From contig CBFFRP010000304.1 in NCBI GenBank assembly GCA_965644295.1, forward strand, positions 1 through 37,255: a DNA stretch of 37,255 nt. Reading direction: 5' to 3'. Shown here piece after piece: positions 1-11,001 of the stretch. The notes under the pieces are model-generated. The model did no database searches. It worked only from the letters and a program-made list of their open reading frames with translations, and had not been told where the DNA came from. The position numbers and the translations under genes are program-made. This DNA comes from Paraphysomonas bandaiensis (taxonomy: Eukaryota > Protista > Chrysophyceae). Within the stretch, counting starts at the first letter, position 1, and each line of letters starts with the position of its first letter.

Positions 1-592
1 GTATAAGTTTGTGACTATCGAAGGTCTGATATGATTATTGATTGGTGGAAGAAAGAATATAATTGTAGATGGTAGGGAATGCCAATGAATGGTAAAACAT
101 GTCGAGCATAATTTTACTAGTTGGTTGTTGAGTGAATAGCCCATGGAGTGGGTATTATGTGGTCTGACCCAGCACTCTACTACTTCCGTGATTCGTTTAA
201 AATAAACAGTCACATGACGGCTATGAACACTTACTATCATTTATTAATATGATGGAATTAATCAGAAGTCTCGATAGGACAAAACTGCTAATGTTATGGG
301 AATACAAGGGAACGTAACCATCATGCAAGCATTATATGTACTCAACAATTCTAACAAAAGTTGAGCTGTGGAGTGCGGAAGTGTCGTATCAACAATACAG
401 AAGAAAATTATAGATCGAAGTTATACTGTGGTGCCTTCAGCACGGGATTGGTCACAAGCAAACGACCACCACCATACTTCACTCCCACACTATCTAAGTT
501 ATATTTATGCCCAGATCAAGAACATCGACATCAGCTGCTGAAAAAATACTATCAGTGAACCTGAATGGATATGCAAATGCACACCTCTCAGC

Positions 593-2080
593 CTAGAAGC
601 CTTCTGCAGTGGTGGGACCGGTCTGTAGATACTGATATGCCTGCATATACCAACATCAATCACTATGAATGAAAAAATAATATACACAGGCGAAACACTT
701 TGATAATGCATCAGCTAAGTTGGCAGGTAGCGATAAGTACCTGGTCGTGGAGGTGCACAGTGCTAGTGGTACTGATATGTGTGCCTTCAATACAAGCGGT
801 TATTTCGATGTCATAGCTGAATCTGTCATTCGCCACAAACACCATTCTCCCTGCGACCACCTGACCCCTATTTACAGCAATGGGATCGGCCAATAGAAGG
901 CGACACTGACGGTGTATATGAGGTCATGCAGTACCGAGACAACCCATAAATATACCTGATACCAGTGAGTTCCGGGATGGTCTGGGGAGGTGGAAAGCAC
1001 GACGTGATTGTCTTGGCCAAGAAACCCCAAATCAAACCAGCATCCAAACCCATGCATTATAGCTGCTCACATCATACTCAGTCAGATATCTTACAATATA
1101 TACGGAGCATCAGATTCAAAACCTGTTCTGTCTATAGGAAATCTGTAGGCGATCTCGAAATTGGTTAACTCGTCAGTGGTAACAGTTCCAAAGTCTATAC
1201 AGTGCACAGTACGGGACGAAGAGATCAGGTTGGAAGATGGGAAGAATCCAACAATGGGTTGAGAAAAATTTTCAAGTCTTGCCCTCTCCACGAGAGGCGT
1301 CAGATCAATGCCATAGAAACTCGGATTCTGCAGAAAATATCAGATTATGGAATTAGGGTAAGAGGGCTTAAAAAATAAGTACCTCCCATAGTGCAGCTTT
1401 CGCTAGCTGATCTTTATACAAAGCGTCATCAGTCATTGGTGAGAAAATAATGCTTCCGGTTGTCGGCATCATGAGACCGCTCGGTTTCAAAAATTTGTCC
1501 CGGGCCACGACGTATGACTCAAGCATCCGCTCATGCACCAACAAAAAACCTATGGGCTCCGATATAATTACATCAACCTTTTCAGGTAATGTAATATCCT
1601 CCAGCTTTCCTTGAACTACTTCTACTATTCCAGAAAAGCCATTGTGATCAGCCAGTAACTGAGCATACTCTGCAGATTGACTTGCTTCCACAGCATATAC
1701 TTTTCTAGCTCCAGCTTGAGCAGCAAAAAATGAAAGAATTCCAGTCCCTGTCCCAACATCTAATACAACTTTTCCTTCAAAATTTGATCTGTTTTCTAGA
1801 ATGGCCTGTTGGTATGTTCCAGTACGTACCTACAGCATGATATGGAGTCATACAGAGTTATGGTATCATAGTATCCCTACCAAATCCTGTAGCATATTTC
1901 CCTGTATAAGATATGAGACATAGTGAGTGTAATCATATGTATGTATGTATATAGGCATATATATATGTATGTATATATATGTATGTGTATAGAGGTATGT
2001 ACCTGATGGAGTAGCTGGGCATAGTAACAAGTAAAAGGATTCTTATTCTCCTCGTCTGTCTTTGATGTCTTCTCTTGCAT
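593..2080 (-). CDS. CARM1: Histone-arginine methyltransferase CARM1/PRMT4, multi-exon
   Basis: Spliced exons read YYAQLLHQ|GNMLQDL|[39 protein letters not shown] (SAM motif I), [22 protein letters not shown] (double-E loop) and THWYQ loop. Probable last exon 640-593 (AYQYLQ..GF*). Start could lie further upstream. Confidence 0.9.
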
Positions 2081-2571
2081 TGTACAGTCAATGTAGATAT
2101 GGAGGAGTTAACCTCTAAATGTATATGTTGCAAAGTATGGTAGATACTCCTATATATATATATATATATATATGTCTGTACAGATATATACACACTGATG
2201 CTGCATCTCACTGTAAAAATAGGTAACCACATTTTCTTGAAATAGTCAACTTTCAGATTCAAAATTCGTCATTTTGGAGATTATAGAAAATGTGGGGTAG
2301 GAATTTCTACCTATTTTTTGCAGTGAGGCCAATTTCTCACAGCTCTGTGTACGTATATATACTGTATATGTATGTGGCCTACAGCAGTACACAGCAGTAC
2401 ATCAACTTCTCAAGTACAGTACTATATTATACATCAGTACATCAGTACATCCGTACAGATGTACCTCTATATGTAGCTACATGACAGCTCCAATCAACAC
2501 TCATGACACTCATGTATATAAACCACACCAACATACATATATCTTCATAACTACATATCCCTCCAATCAGT

Positions 2572-5229
2572 ATGGAAGAAACTCGTACAGAGGAATCTCC
2601 ATTACATGCTGATGGGAAACAAGAGAAAACACCTGTAAAACGAGCAGTAGAGATGCCTATAGCTTATAATGGACAGACCATCATGTCTGCTGCTAGTCAA
2701 GGTATATATACACTATATACATCCTTATATATATATTCATGATACGTATAGGTAATTTACCTGTCGTGGTATTGTTATGGGGCATGGCATCAGCTAAAAA
2801 GCAGTCGTTAATGACACCGGATGCTCAAGGGAACAACCCTATGCATTATGCATGTCTGGCTAACACTGGAGAGGTGATGGGATTCCTTCATCAACAGATG
2901 AAAGGGATGTTAACCCCAGAGATCAGACTTGTGGATTCCGTAAACAATGCCGGAGAGACCCCTCTTCTTCGATCTATGGCCACAGGGCAGATGCTCGTTA
3001 TTAAGGTATGTATTTATTGGAGATTGTTGCATGTAAATCATGTATCCCCACAGGCCCTTTTGGACGAAAAGAGTGATCCACTTGTACGAGATTCCAATGG
3101 GAATACTGTTTTCATTAATTGCGCCAAAAACTGTCAATTTTGGTGCTTGAATTATATGTACAATCACATCAGGCATGGACAATGTTACTTCTTTTTGCTA
3201 CTGTTTTATTGTGATAGTTTTATAGGGATAATCATGGGCCGAATGAAGTATTCGAATTAGTTAGTGCGAGGGATAATAATGGTATGGGTGCCTTAGAATG
3301 GGCAGCTGAATCTGGCGACCTAAATGCTCTTGAGTTTTTAATTCGACAATGTGGTTTGAATCCTTTTCGCCCTGTGGAGTCTACTGGACAAACACCCTTA
3401 CATATTGCGATAAGTCGGCACCGTATTGACGTGGCACTTTTCCTTTTAGATATGGGCGCTGACCCCCACCACAAGGACACGCAAGGGTTATCTCCTCTAA
3501 ATCTACCTGCTATTCGGCAGGACAGGGAGCTGAGGTGGGCACTGCAATGTCATCCGGCTGTGAGTGGGAGATGCTGTCAGTCCTCGCCTCGGACTACAAG
3601 TGCGCAGGATATTGAGGCCAGCGTATCTCCTCCTGCAGTTTGGCGGGAGGAAAATGGACGCAAGAGAAGTTTCGCAGTGCGACGAACTTGTGAGACAAGG
3701 GTCTTATACGTTGCACTCTACGCAGTTGTTGTGTTTGGTATCTGGCTTCTGGCTACTGTTATCCCATTTTATGGGTGGATCCCTCTGGTTGCGGCTGGTG
3801 GAGGGGGATACGGGTATTACAATTTTATATTACTCTGGTGTAGGTTTTCTCACCCTGACACACAGATATCTCTCGATGCAAGTTGGGACTCTACAAGCGC
3901 GTGCGATGCACGCCAAGGGTAGACTCTTGTTAGATCAGTGGCAGGTATCTATATTCTACTCTTAATGCTATTACTTTTGACGATTTCCTCTTGTATGATG
4001 CAGCAAGTGGTCGGAGCCCCAGAAAAGTATGTGGGCTTCTGGGTGGGAAACGTGGCAGCTTTTCTTTTCTATTTCTTTTGCTGCATGGCGTACAGGTACA
4101 GTTCTGAGGACGACGATGAAGGTACCTTCAAAGGAGCAGCACGGAACTCCCAAGGCTTAGCAGGTCTGGATTGCCTCACTGAGGACCCTGCTCTCTTCTG
4201 GACGGCGCTGCTGTCTCTTGCGGTTACTATTGTGCTGTGGGTAGTTGTCGTCTGGATCCGTACAGACCCTGGAATGGTTGACACAAGAGCGGATGATTTT
4301 GACGAGGTTAGGACTTGCCTAGACTGTGTGTTTTTATTGAAGTATCTACCACAGGTTATGAAGCAGAGTATTCTCAGTGGAGGAACAGCCCCCAGTGCCA
4401 CCACCTATTGCAGAACTACTCTAGTCAAGAAGCCGATCAGGTATAACATAGCATTGGCTCTCAAACAACTCATCACTGCTCTCACCAGGAGCAAGTACTG
4501 TACAAGCAGTGGTTTCGTCGTAGCTCGAATGGATCACCACTGTGTATGGCTTAATAATGCGGTAGGATACGGCAACCATCGAATGTTTATGCTACTACTG
4601 TACTCGCACCTTTTCACCAATGTTGCTACCCTCGCTCTGTTTATCCGGTGAGTTATATAGTTAAACTGTTGCCGTGCTTTGACTATTTTTAAGGGCGTTG
4701 CATCGTGATACATCCACAGCCGCTGCATCTGTTGTGACTGGAGAGCTTATTTCCCAACGCATGCTACTATTGACGGCTTTGACAGTCTTTTTGCTAATCA
4801 TATCATGTGGAATACTAGTGCTTGTGGTAGAGCAAACTCACAACATTGTGACTAATATGGTATTGCTTAACTTTGCGCGTACCTACATGAATTGATTGTT
4901 TTTTCTCTATCGTGCAGACCACAAATGAGAAAGTAAATCGGGCGCGGTACTGGTGGATGAAGGGGCCAGATGGGAAACCTCTAAACAGGTTTGATAGAGG
5001 GCCAGTGACTAATATACTGGAGTTCCTCGGGGTGCCAGGATATCACATCGACTACATGACGATTATGTCTATTCCCTCGAGCCCAGCTACCGGTGGATCA
5101 TCCAAGGTCAGTAAAGCGAAACCAAATTCAACACAATCAGAAATGACGACAAAGCTGTCAACGGCGGACGCTAGTGCGAAATGTTCGTGCAAACATGATC
5201 ATGACAACGGTAAGACTTATGATACATAG
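2572..5229 (+). CDS. Ankyrin-repeat DHHC palmitoyl acyltransferase (Akr1/ZDHHC13/17-like), multi-exon
   Basis: Ankyrin motifs (GNNPMHYAC, GETPLLRS, GQTPLHIA), TM helices, PIR/SKYC..VARMDHHCVWLNNAVGYGNHR DHHC domain, TTNE and NRFDRG motifs. Short GT-AG introns link the ORF pieces; ATG at 2572. Confidence 0.92.
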
Positions 5230-5845
5230 TATTCGTTTTACTCATGCTGTATATGTAGATCTATAAGGTTAGGACTTGTACTTAGTATATTCATATATCC
5301 GTTGCGCTGCAATGGATTTTTAGATGGTGTGGCGTTGGTATTTGTTTTCTAATAAGTAGTATAGTTTACTCACAGTGAAACTCGGACACCACGTTGAAGC
5401 AAGCGATATTGACTCTTATCCTGTCCTCACAGTGAATTATTAGACATTAGCAGTCGAAATTGAATATCAACTTTACCCTTAAAATAATTTCAAATTGTTC
5501 ATTATTTTGGATTACTATATCGTTACAGAACTCAATAGCTCAATAGATGTCGTCTTCAACAAGCATTGATATTTACGTTGCTTACTACATAGCTATTTAA
5601 CCATTTCTACAACTCTCTCGGATTTACGGCATGCGTGCTATCAATTGCAGGGGATATGATTGGCTACTGTACAGTAAGTGTTTCTATAAATCTATCTGTG
5701 CTGGGCGTAAATAAGTTCGAAACATGTATCACGATAATATCACAGCTTATTTTTATGTACAAGTCATAGCTGAGAGAGCCACGTCATAATACTAGAAGTC
5801 TCAATAGCACTACAAAGTATGTGACAACTTTCACCAGAGTTTACG

Positions 5846-6721
5846 CTATTCGCTGTTTAAGAGACTTCTCAACTTGGGAAGCAGAACCTTTTCAGCAAGC
5901 ATGGAATGTCCCTTATCAGTAAGGTGATGTAAATCTCCCAAAAAGTTTGATGGGTCTCTAACAAATTCACAGTCGGGATTGTCAGTACTGACAAAAGAAA
6001 GCAAGTCGGCATGCTCTTTACAGATCTCTTCTATTCGTTTGTTTACTTCAGTGACCTTTGCAATACAGTTATTCACATTCCAGCGTAAATAGAAAGGTGT
6101 GAGGGTGATACCCAGATATACAACATGTACAGATGGATTATTTTCCCATAATTTCTTTAAAAATAATTGAAATCCTTCAACAGCAGATGATACACTAAGA
6201 CCTTGTGCTATATCATTCGTACCACAGAAATATACTACAATACGTGGATGATATCTGATACATAAATCATATATTAATGGTATAATATCATATGTACAAC
6301 TTCCACCAAATGCAGAATTAATAATAGGGATATTTAATACAGTAAAATCATCTATAATGTACCTCCAATATGTGAATGTTGAGCTCCCTATAAAACATAT
6401 ACATCCTTTACTTAATGGTAGATTTATATGAATATTATGAATTTTATTATATGCTGTTTTTTGTATAGTTTTAGATGAAAAAATTGGAAAATATTGACGT
6501 AATAATGTTCCTATTATGAAATAAGTATATAATACTGTATCACCTATAGGGGATTTCATATACCAGGGTGTTACTGCATGTGTGAGCATACGGTGGTATT
6601 CTACTCCTATGAAGTAGTATAGATAGAGGAAACTACAAAAAATTGCTATAGATAATACAATCATCATTATAGGTGTATGGTAATGAAGTATAGACTGGGA
6701 ATATATTGACATACTATACAC
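5846..6721 (-). CDS. SGNH/GDSL-type hydrolase with N-terminal membrane anchor
   Basis: Blocks FIGSS, NSAFGGS, GTND and DLHH (catalytic DxxH); intronless 291-aa ORF. Confidence 0.85.
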   Translation of the reverse strand: MYSMSIYSQSILHYHTPIMMIVLSIAIFCSFLYLYYFIGVEYHRMLTHAVTPWYMKSPIGDTVLYTYFIIGTLLRQYFPIFSSKTIQKTAYNKIHNIHINLPLSKGCICFIGSSTFTYWRYIIDDFTVLNIPIINSAFGGSCTYDIIPLIYDLCIRYHPRIVVYFCGTNDIAQGLSVSSAVEGFQLFLKKLWENNPSVHVVYLGITLTPFYLRWNVNNCIAKVTEVNKRIEEICKEHADLLSFVSTDNPDCEFVRDPSNFLGDLHHLTDKGHSMLAEKVLLPKLRSLLNSE

Positions 6722-7106
6722 ATACTAAATTAGAACACTTCGCTCATTGAGTTCTTGCAAAAAATAAAGAAGGTGATATGTGCGTATGATACATGGAGAA
6801 TACTTCGCTCTGTGGTGTATTTTTAGACAGCAGTGTATATAAGACTACCTGGGGATACTGTATACATACGGTTCGACATCTCACTGTCCACACACCACAC
6901 CTTGAACTATACACATGTTGAATATACCATATACGCACTATTGTACTTGTGCACTACACAGCAGGCAGTCGTCCCTCCTCGGCGTCCCAGAGAATACGCA
7001 CCATAATACAACTGTAGGATGGAATTGTAGACACAGCTGTGAGTATTGAACAAAGCGGTAGGTACTTAAGATACATACATAGCATTGATTCCAAATATGC
7101 AAATAG

Positions 7107-7531
7107 GAAACGACGGTAATCAGGCACAAAAGTCCTATGGTCTATCCCATTTTAAGTACTTCTTGCAGACCTAAACACAACTTCATTGAATTATGAAACT
7201 TTGAAACCGGAGGACATAACTGTCGAACTGTTCCAGTTCTTTGGCGGATATCTTTCGAGGTGAAACTGCAGCGTTCGAATATCTGATCGGCGTGGATCAT
7301 ACCATTGTCATTGCTGGGAAAGCATTGGCAAACTACACCAATCCTCACCACAAAACATATCCTCCGAGATTGGTGTTTGACGACCGCAACCGCTCACTTG
7401 TATCGACCTTTATGAACAATTTATTTGTACTCTCCTATTCGGAATTTACACCGACCGGCAATCTATATCATTTCAAACTAACGGTTTTCGCTGTAATGAT
7501 TATGCACGTGGAGAGCTTCTGTGGATTGTAA
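7107..7531 (+). pseudogene. Internally deleted, diverged Crypton-like tyrosine recombinase remnant
   Basis: ~7190-7256 translates YETLKPEDITVELFQFFGGYL (cf. YKELIDSDINVELFQCFGGFL in the intact YR). It is joined directly to FRGETAAFEYLIGVDHTIVIAGKALANYTNPHHKTYPP (cf. FSGECSIFEYIMGLDVTIAVGGKILSGYSNPRNKIYPP). In-frame stop at ~7172; catalytic core missing. Confidence 0.85.
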
Positions 7532-7573
7532 TGTTCAATGAAATATATCATGAACTGAATTAGAGAGAGTATC

Positions 7574-8025
7574 TGTTGAAGATACATGATCGTCATCATA
7601 ACGTCGTCATTATCAGTTACACTTCTAATTATTCCGTTGTTTTATATTGTTATTTATAATTCTCACTTCACTGTGTTCATTACTTAACACTCTAATAATC
7701 ACAACATTGTTTTAGTATTACTAAGACCAATCCTTTATTTGGTAGCGAGATGTCAGTTAAAGTTACAAGTTACGACTCAACCGACTCGGATTCGACAACC
7801 GACAAGCAAAAAGACTCAATGCCGAAATTCGATGCGAAGAACTTCTCCAGGTGGCAGAAGAAGTGCCGCGCATGGTTCTATCGCAAGCCTAAGATCGTTT
7901 ATACTCTACAAAACGATCACCCAATTGAGCCTGAAGCAGGAGAAAACTCAGTTCACTGTGTTCATTACTTTACACTCTAATAATCACAACATTGTTTTAC
8001 TATTACTAAGATCAATTCTTTATTC
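7574..8025 (+). mobile_element. Ty1/copia-type LTR retrotransposon fragment (LTR-like repeat, PBS-like site, gag N-terminus)
   Basis: ~78-bp direct repeat at ~7662-7739 and ~7948-8025. TGGTAGCGAGA (PBS-like) at 7740 immediately precedes ORF 7750-7980 with MPKFDAKNFSRWQKKCRAWF, resembling the copia gag N-terminal PxFDGxNFxxW motif. TGTTGAAG at 7574 resembles an LTR start. Confidence 0.6.
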
Positions 8026-8211
8026 TACGACACCTGGATATCAGAAGAGCTGTTCAGAAGAGGCTGAGAGAGAGGTAACAGAAGTTGACATTATTTGCTA
8101 AGGTTTGCTATTATCAATTGATAAGATAAAATTATAAACATTACATGATAAAGAGCCTAAGTTGCATTCGATGTATTCAACACCATTCATTTATTCATTT
8201 GCTACTATAGT

Positions 8212-8480
8212 GTGCAAACCATACTACACAATATATCTTTTGATCCTTGCATCTCACATAATACTGCACTCAATTGCAAGTATATAGAATCTTCAGATCT
8301 CAACAAGAGGTTATATTCTGATGAAGAATGGAGTTCCTTCAAAGCAAAAACCAAGAAGGAAAAGGTTTGCACTTGGTGTACCTCACCCGCATATGCATTT
8401 GCATTGCAGTGCGTGCTGTGCACGACGGGTATCGAAACAAGAATGTACAATCAAAATTTGAAGGATGATCCTCTCCAGGT
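8212..8480 (+). pseudogene. Fragment with CxxC..CxxC zinc-finger-like motif
   Basis: VCTWCTSPAYAFALQCVLC. No ATG start (GTG); abuts the opposite-strand helicase fragment at ~8478. Confidence 0.35.
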
Positions 8481-9160
8481 GCAAATGAATTTCCCACTGT
8501 TATAGCGGGGGTTATCAAAACCGCATACTTTACACCCCAGATATCATGAATATTTTCAATGGTGTCTCTCATCTCCATACCCATTCCTTGTTTGTACAAC
8601 AAAATATGAGTGATATCTACACCCTCTTGCTGTAGAAGAGCTTCCACTTTTCTAGCTCTTTTTTGCTGCAATATACAGCAAATACATTTTTTCCCTCTCT
8701 TATAAATTTCACCAATAATTCTCTAGCCGAGCCCGCGTTTTTGATTTTGTAGGCCGTATTATTTTTAGGAACAATTGTGTTGCGAATGTATGACACATGA
8801 AACGTACGGTTGGAATTCACATCACGTACAAAATCGATAGTTCGTTGAGAGATAAATGCGTCCGCCAAACCAACTTTTTCTGCAGATTGTATTATCTCTT
8901 GGAGGTGAAGAAATATTTGTGTGTGACAACGCATTGCTGTACTGTTGAATGGTGCAAGAATTTCCTCAATCTCGTCGAGTATATTATCTGTATTTAGATT
9001 TTGTTTTCAACACCGATTCCAGCTGAATCACCATGGTATCTGTGTCAGAAATTGAACTATCTTTAAAGTTCATCAAGTAGTGGTCCATTCCAGCTTCGCG
9101 AGCAGCATGGTACGTAAACAGTCGGCGTGGTGCTATTTGTAGTATTGACTTTTTGTCGGT
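8478..9160 (-). pseudogene. UL9/origin-binding-protein-like SF2 helicase fragment, frameshifted (viral type)
   Basis: Across two frameshifts (~8990, ~8660): SILQIAPRRLFT (motif Ia), VIQLESVLK (Ib), ILDEIEEILAPF (II), VGLADAFISQRTIDF (III), KNVFAVYCS (IV), ITPAITVGNSF (V). Walker A and motif VI absent. Confidence 0.75.
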
Positions 9161-9793
9161 ACACACAAGAAGGACGAAGGGCAGACGGACGCTCGTGCCG
9201 CTTAGGCATTCTTCCTGGGCCAGAAAGGCCCTCCTATCGTAATAAAACATTCGTTTTATTACTCTTCCTTTCCACTCTATCTATAAATATAATATAATAA
9301 TTATCTTATATATAATAATATTAATAATACTATACTTTAAATAATAATATTTTTAAGTTATTCACTTTATACACCCACAAAGTAACACAAATAACAACAT
9401 GGATGAAATGGATAATATTTTATAAGATAATAAAAAAATAAAACAAATTTTGGAAATTAGAAAATCCACCCAATCTATCCAGCATAAAAAAACTATACTT
9501 AAAATATAATTGGCATTATGGCTTTCTGGCATTTTATGGCTTTTATGAAAATTAGAAAAAGTTATAAAATAAAAGTTATTATATATATAGTTTCTGTTAT
9601 AAAAGCCAGTGCCATAACAACGCCAGTGGTAACGGTGATGGTGATGTAACGGTGTTGGTGTCAGTGTTGGCATTGGTGTTGTAAAGGAAATGAAAAGAAG
9701 ATAAAACAAAATACACGCAACGAACAATATACAAAATAGTTTTAAAATATCGGCTTCTTTCTTTAAAGTATGATAAAGAAATGCTTGAACTTA

Positions 9794-10555
9794 TCATTCA
9801 GTTGTTGAATCTAAACTCCATGTCTCACCTGTTAATCTAAAATTGATAGTATTAAACATAATATAACCTACTGAGGCAATAACAATTCTTATAATTGAAT
9901 ATCTTTTAGTTGTTGTGACTGCTTCAGTAAATAAAGTTGAATCTTGAGTACCTGGAAATGCTACATCATCTATATATGAAAAGTTTATTCCATATATATA
10001 TATATAGCATGCTTTCATTGTTCTCTCTTGTCCTGTGCTTCTTTCTTGAGTTGATATAGATGTTAAACGAATTTTTATTTGAACCCATTCACCATCTATT
10101 GATTGAGATGTATCATATGTAGTTGAAAAATAATAATCTGTTCCATTACTACCAATGTAATTACCTGTTGTACCGTCATAAGCTTCACCAGAAGGCATAG
10201 CATAAAAAACACCATCTCTACAATTGTCAATGCCATTAGGACCACTATTATATCTATTATTTCCCCAGAACGCATCATCACTATCATCAAATAATAAATT
10301 ACATGAATTTAAAGGATCGGCTGTTCTATATCTACCATATGAAGTACAAATTAAGTTATAATTTGCATCACTTCCACCAGAATAAGTTTTAGTTATACGT
10401 GTGTCAAAAACATCATGGCCATTAAAAGCAGTTGGGAGACCTGTAAATGATGTAGGAAAAGTAACATTTGTTTGATATTGTGTGTTTGTATTACCTTGAA
10501 TGACATTATATTTGTTAATGTGATTAGCAATATTAATAATAGAACTTAATGACAT
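9794..10555 (-). CDS. Virus-like protein with discoidin/F5-8 type C-like beta-sandwich; probably decaying
   Basis: AT-rich, intronless; pattern LFDD..FW..GNYIG..DGEWVQIK..YSIIRIVI. The expected GSNDG segment appears replaced by a (TA)n slip (YIYIY). Confidence 0.5.
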   Translation of the reverse strand: MSLSSIINIANHINKYNVIQGNTNTQYQTNVTFPTSFTGLPTAFNGHDVFDTRITKTYSGGSDANYNLICTSYGRYRTADPLNSCNLLFDDSDDAFWGNNRYNSGPNGIDNCRDGVFYAMPSGEAYDGTTGNYIGSNGTDYYFSTTYDTSQSIDGEWVQIKIRLTSISTQERSTGQERTMKACYIYIYGINFSYIDDVAFPGTQDSTLFTEAVTTTKRYSIIRIVIASVGYIMFNTINFRLTGETWSLDSTTE

Positions 10556-10629
10556 ATATATATATTGATGTTATAGAATAATTTGTTATTTTTATATTAA
10601 ATAATTATATAGTATAAATATATATAATC

Positions 10630-10900
10630 ATGAGTGTTTACCCAAAACCGAAAAGATCAAATACAGTTTTTAATGCATTAGACTATACAAATCCAAAAGA
10701 TAGTGTAGTTGATATAGATTTAACAGGATATATTCAAAAGAGTGGTGACATAATGAGTGGAACTCTAGTTTTACCATCATTAAATTTATATGGAGAAGGA
10801 ACAGTTAAGTTTAATGATGATTCAATACAAACAACAGCAATGACAGATGATTTAAAGACATATATTGAAAATACGAAAACAAAAGCTACTAATATTGACG
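10630..10900 (+). pseudogene. Truncated viral fibre-like protein (Polinton-like virus/virophage/phage style)
   Basis: MSVYPKPK..FNALDY start, GYIQKSGDIMSGTL (YVxKxGDTMTG-like fibre motif) and KFNDDSIQTTA (FxDGTxQTTA-like). Cut at 10900 by a dispersed repeat. Confidence 0.55.
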
Positions 10901-11001
10901 TTGGTACACGGGTGGGTGGGTAGTAGAATCAGTGCTATATCTCGGTGTTTTAGGTGGGGCACCAGCCAGCCTACACTATGGCCACGCCCTAGGATGGGGC
11001 A
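10900..11001. repeat. Dispersed ~100-bp GC-rich repeat, copy 1
   Basis: Near-identical (few substitutions) to the reverse complement of 22585-22687. Confidence 0.9.

Noticed and set aside
9362-9797. Minus-strand ORFs of 121 and 66 aa
   Set aside because: Low-complexity AT-rich sequence with no recognisable motif; possibly decayed viral coding DNA but unsupported.
10900-11001. HDV-like ribozyme or tRNA-derived SINE in the dispersed repeat
   Set aside because: No L3/P1.1/P4 arrangement and no clear A/B boxes.
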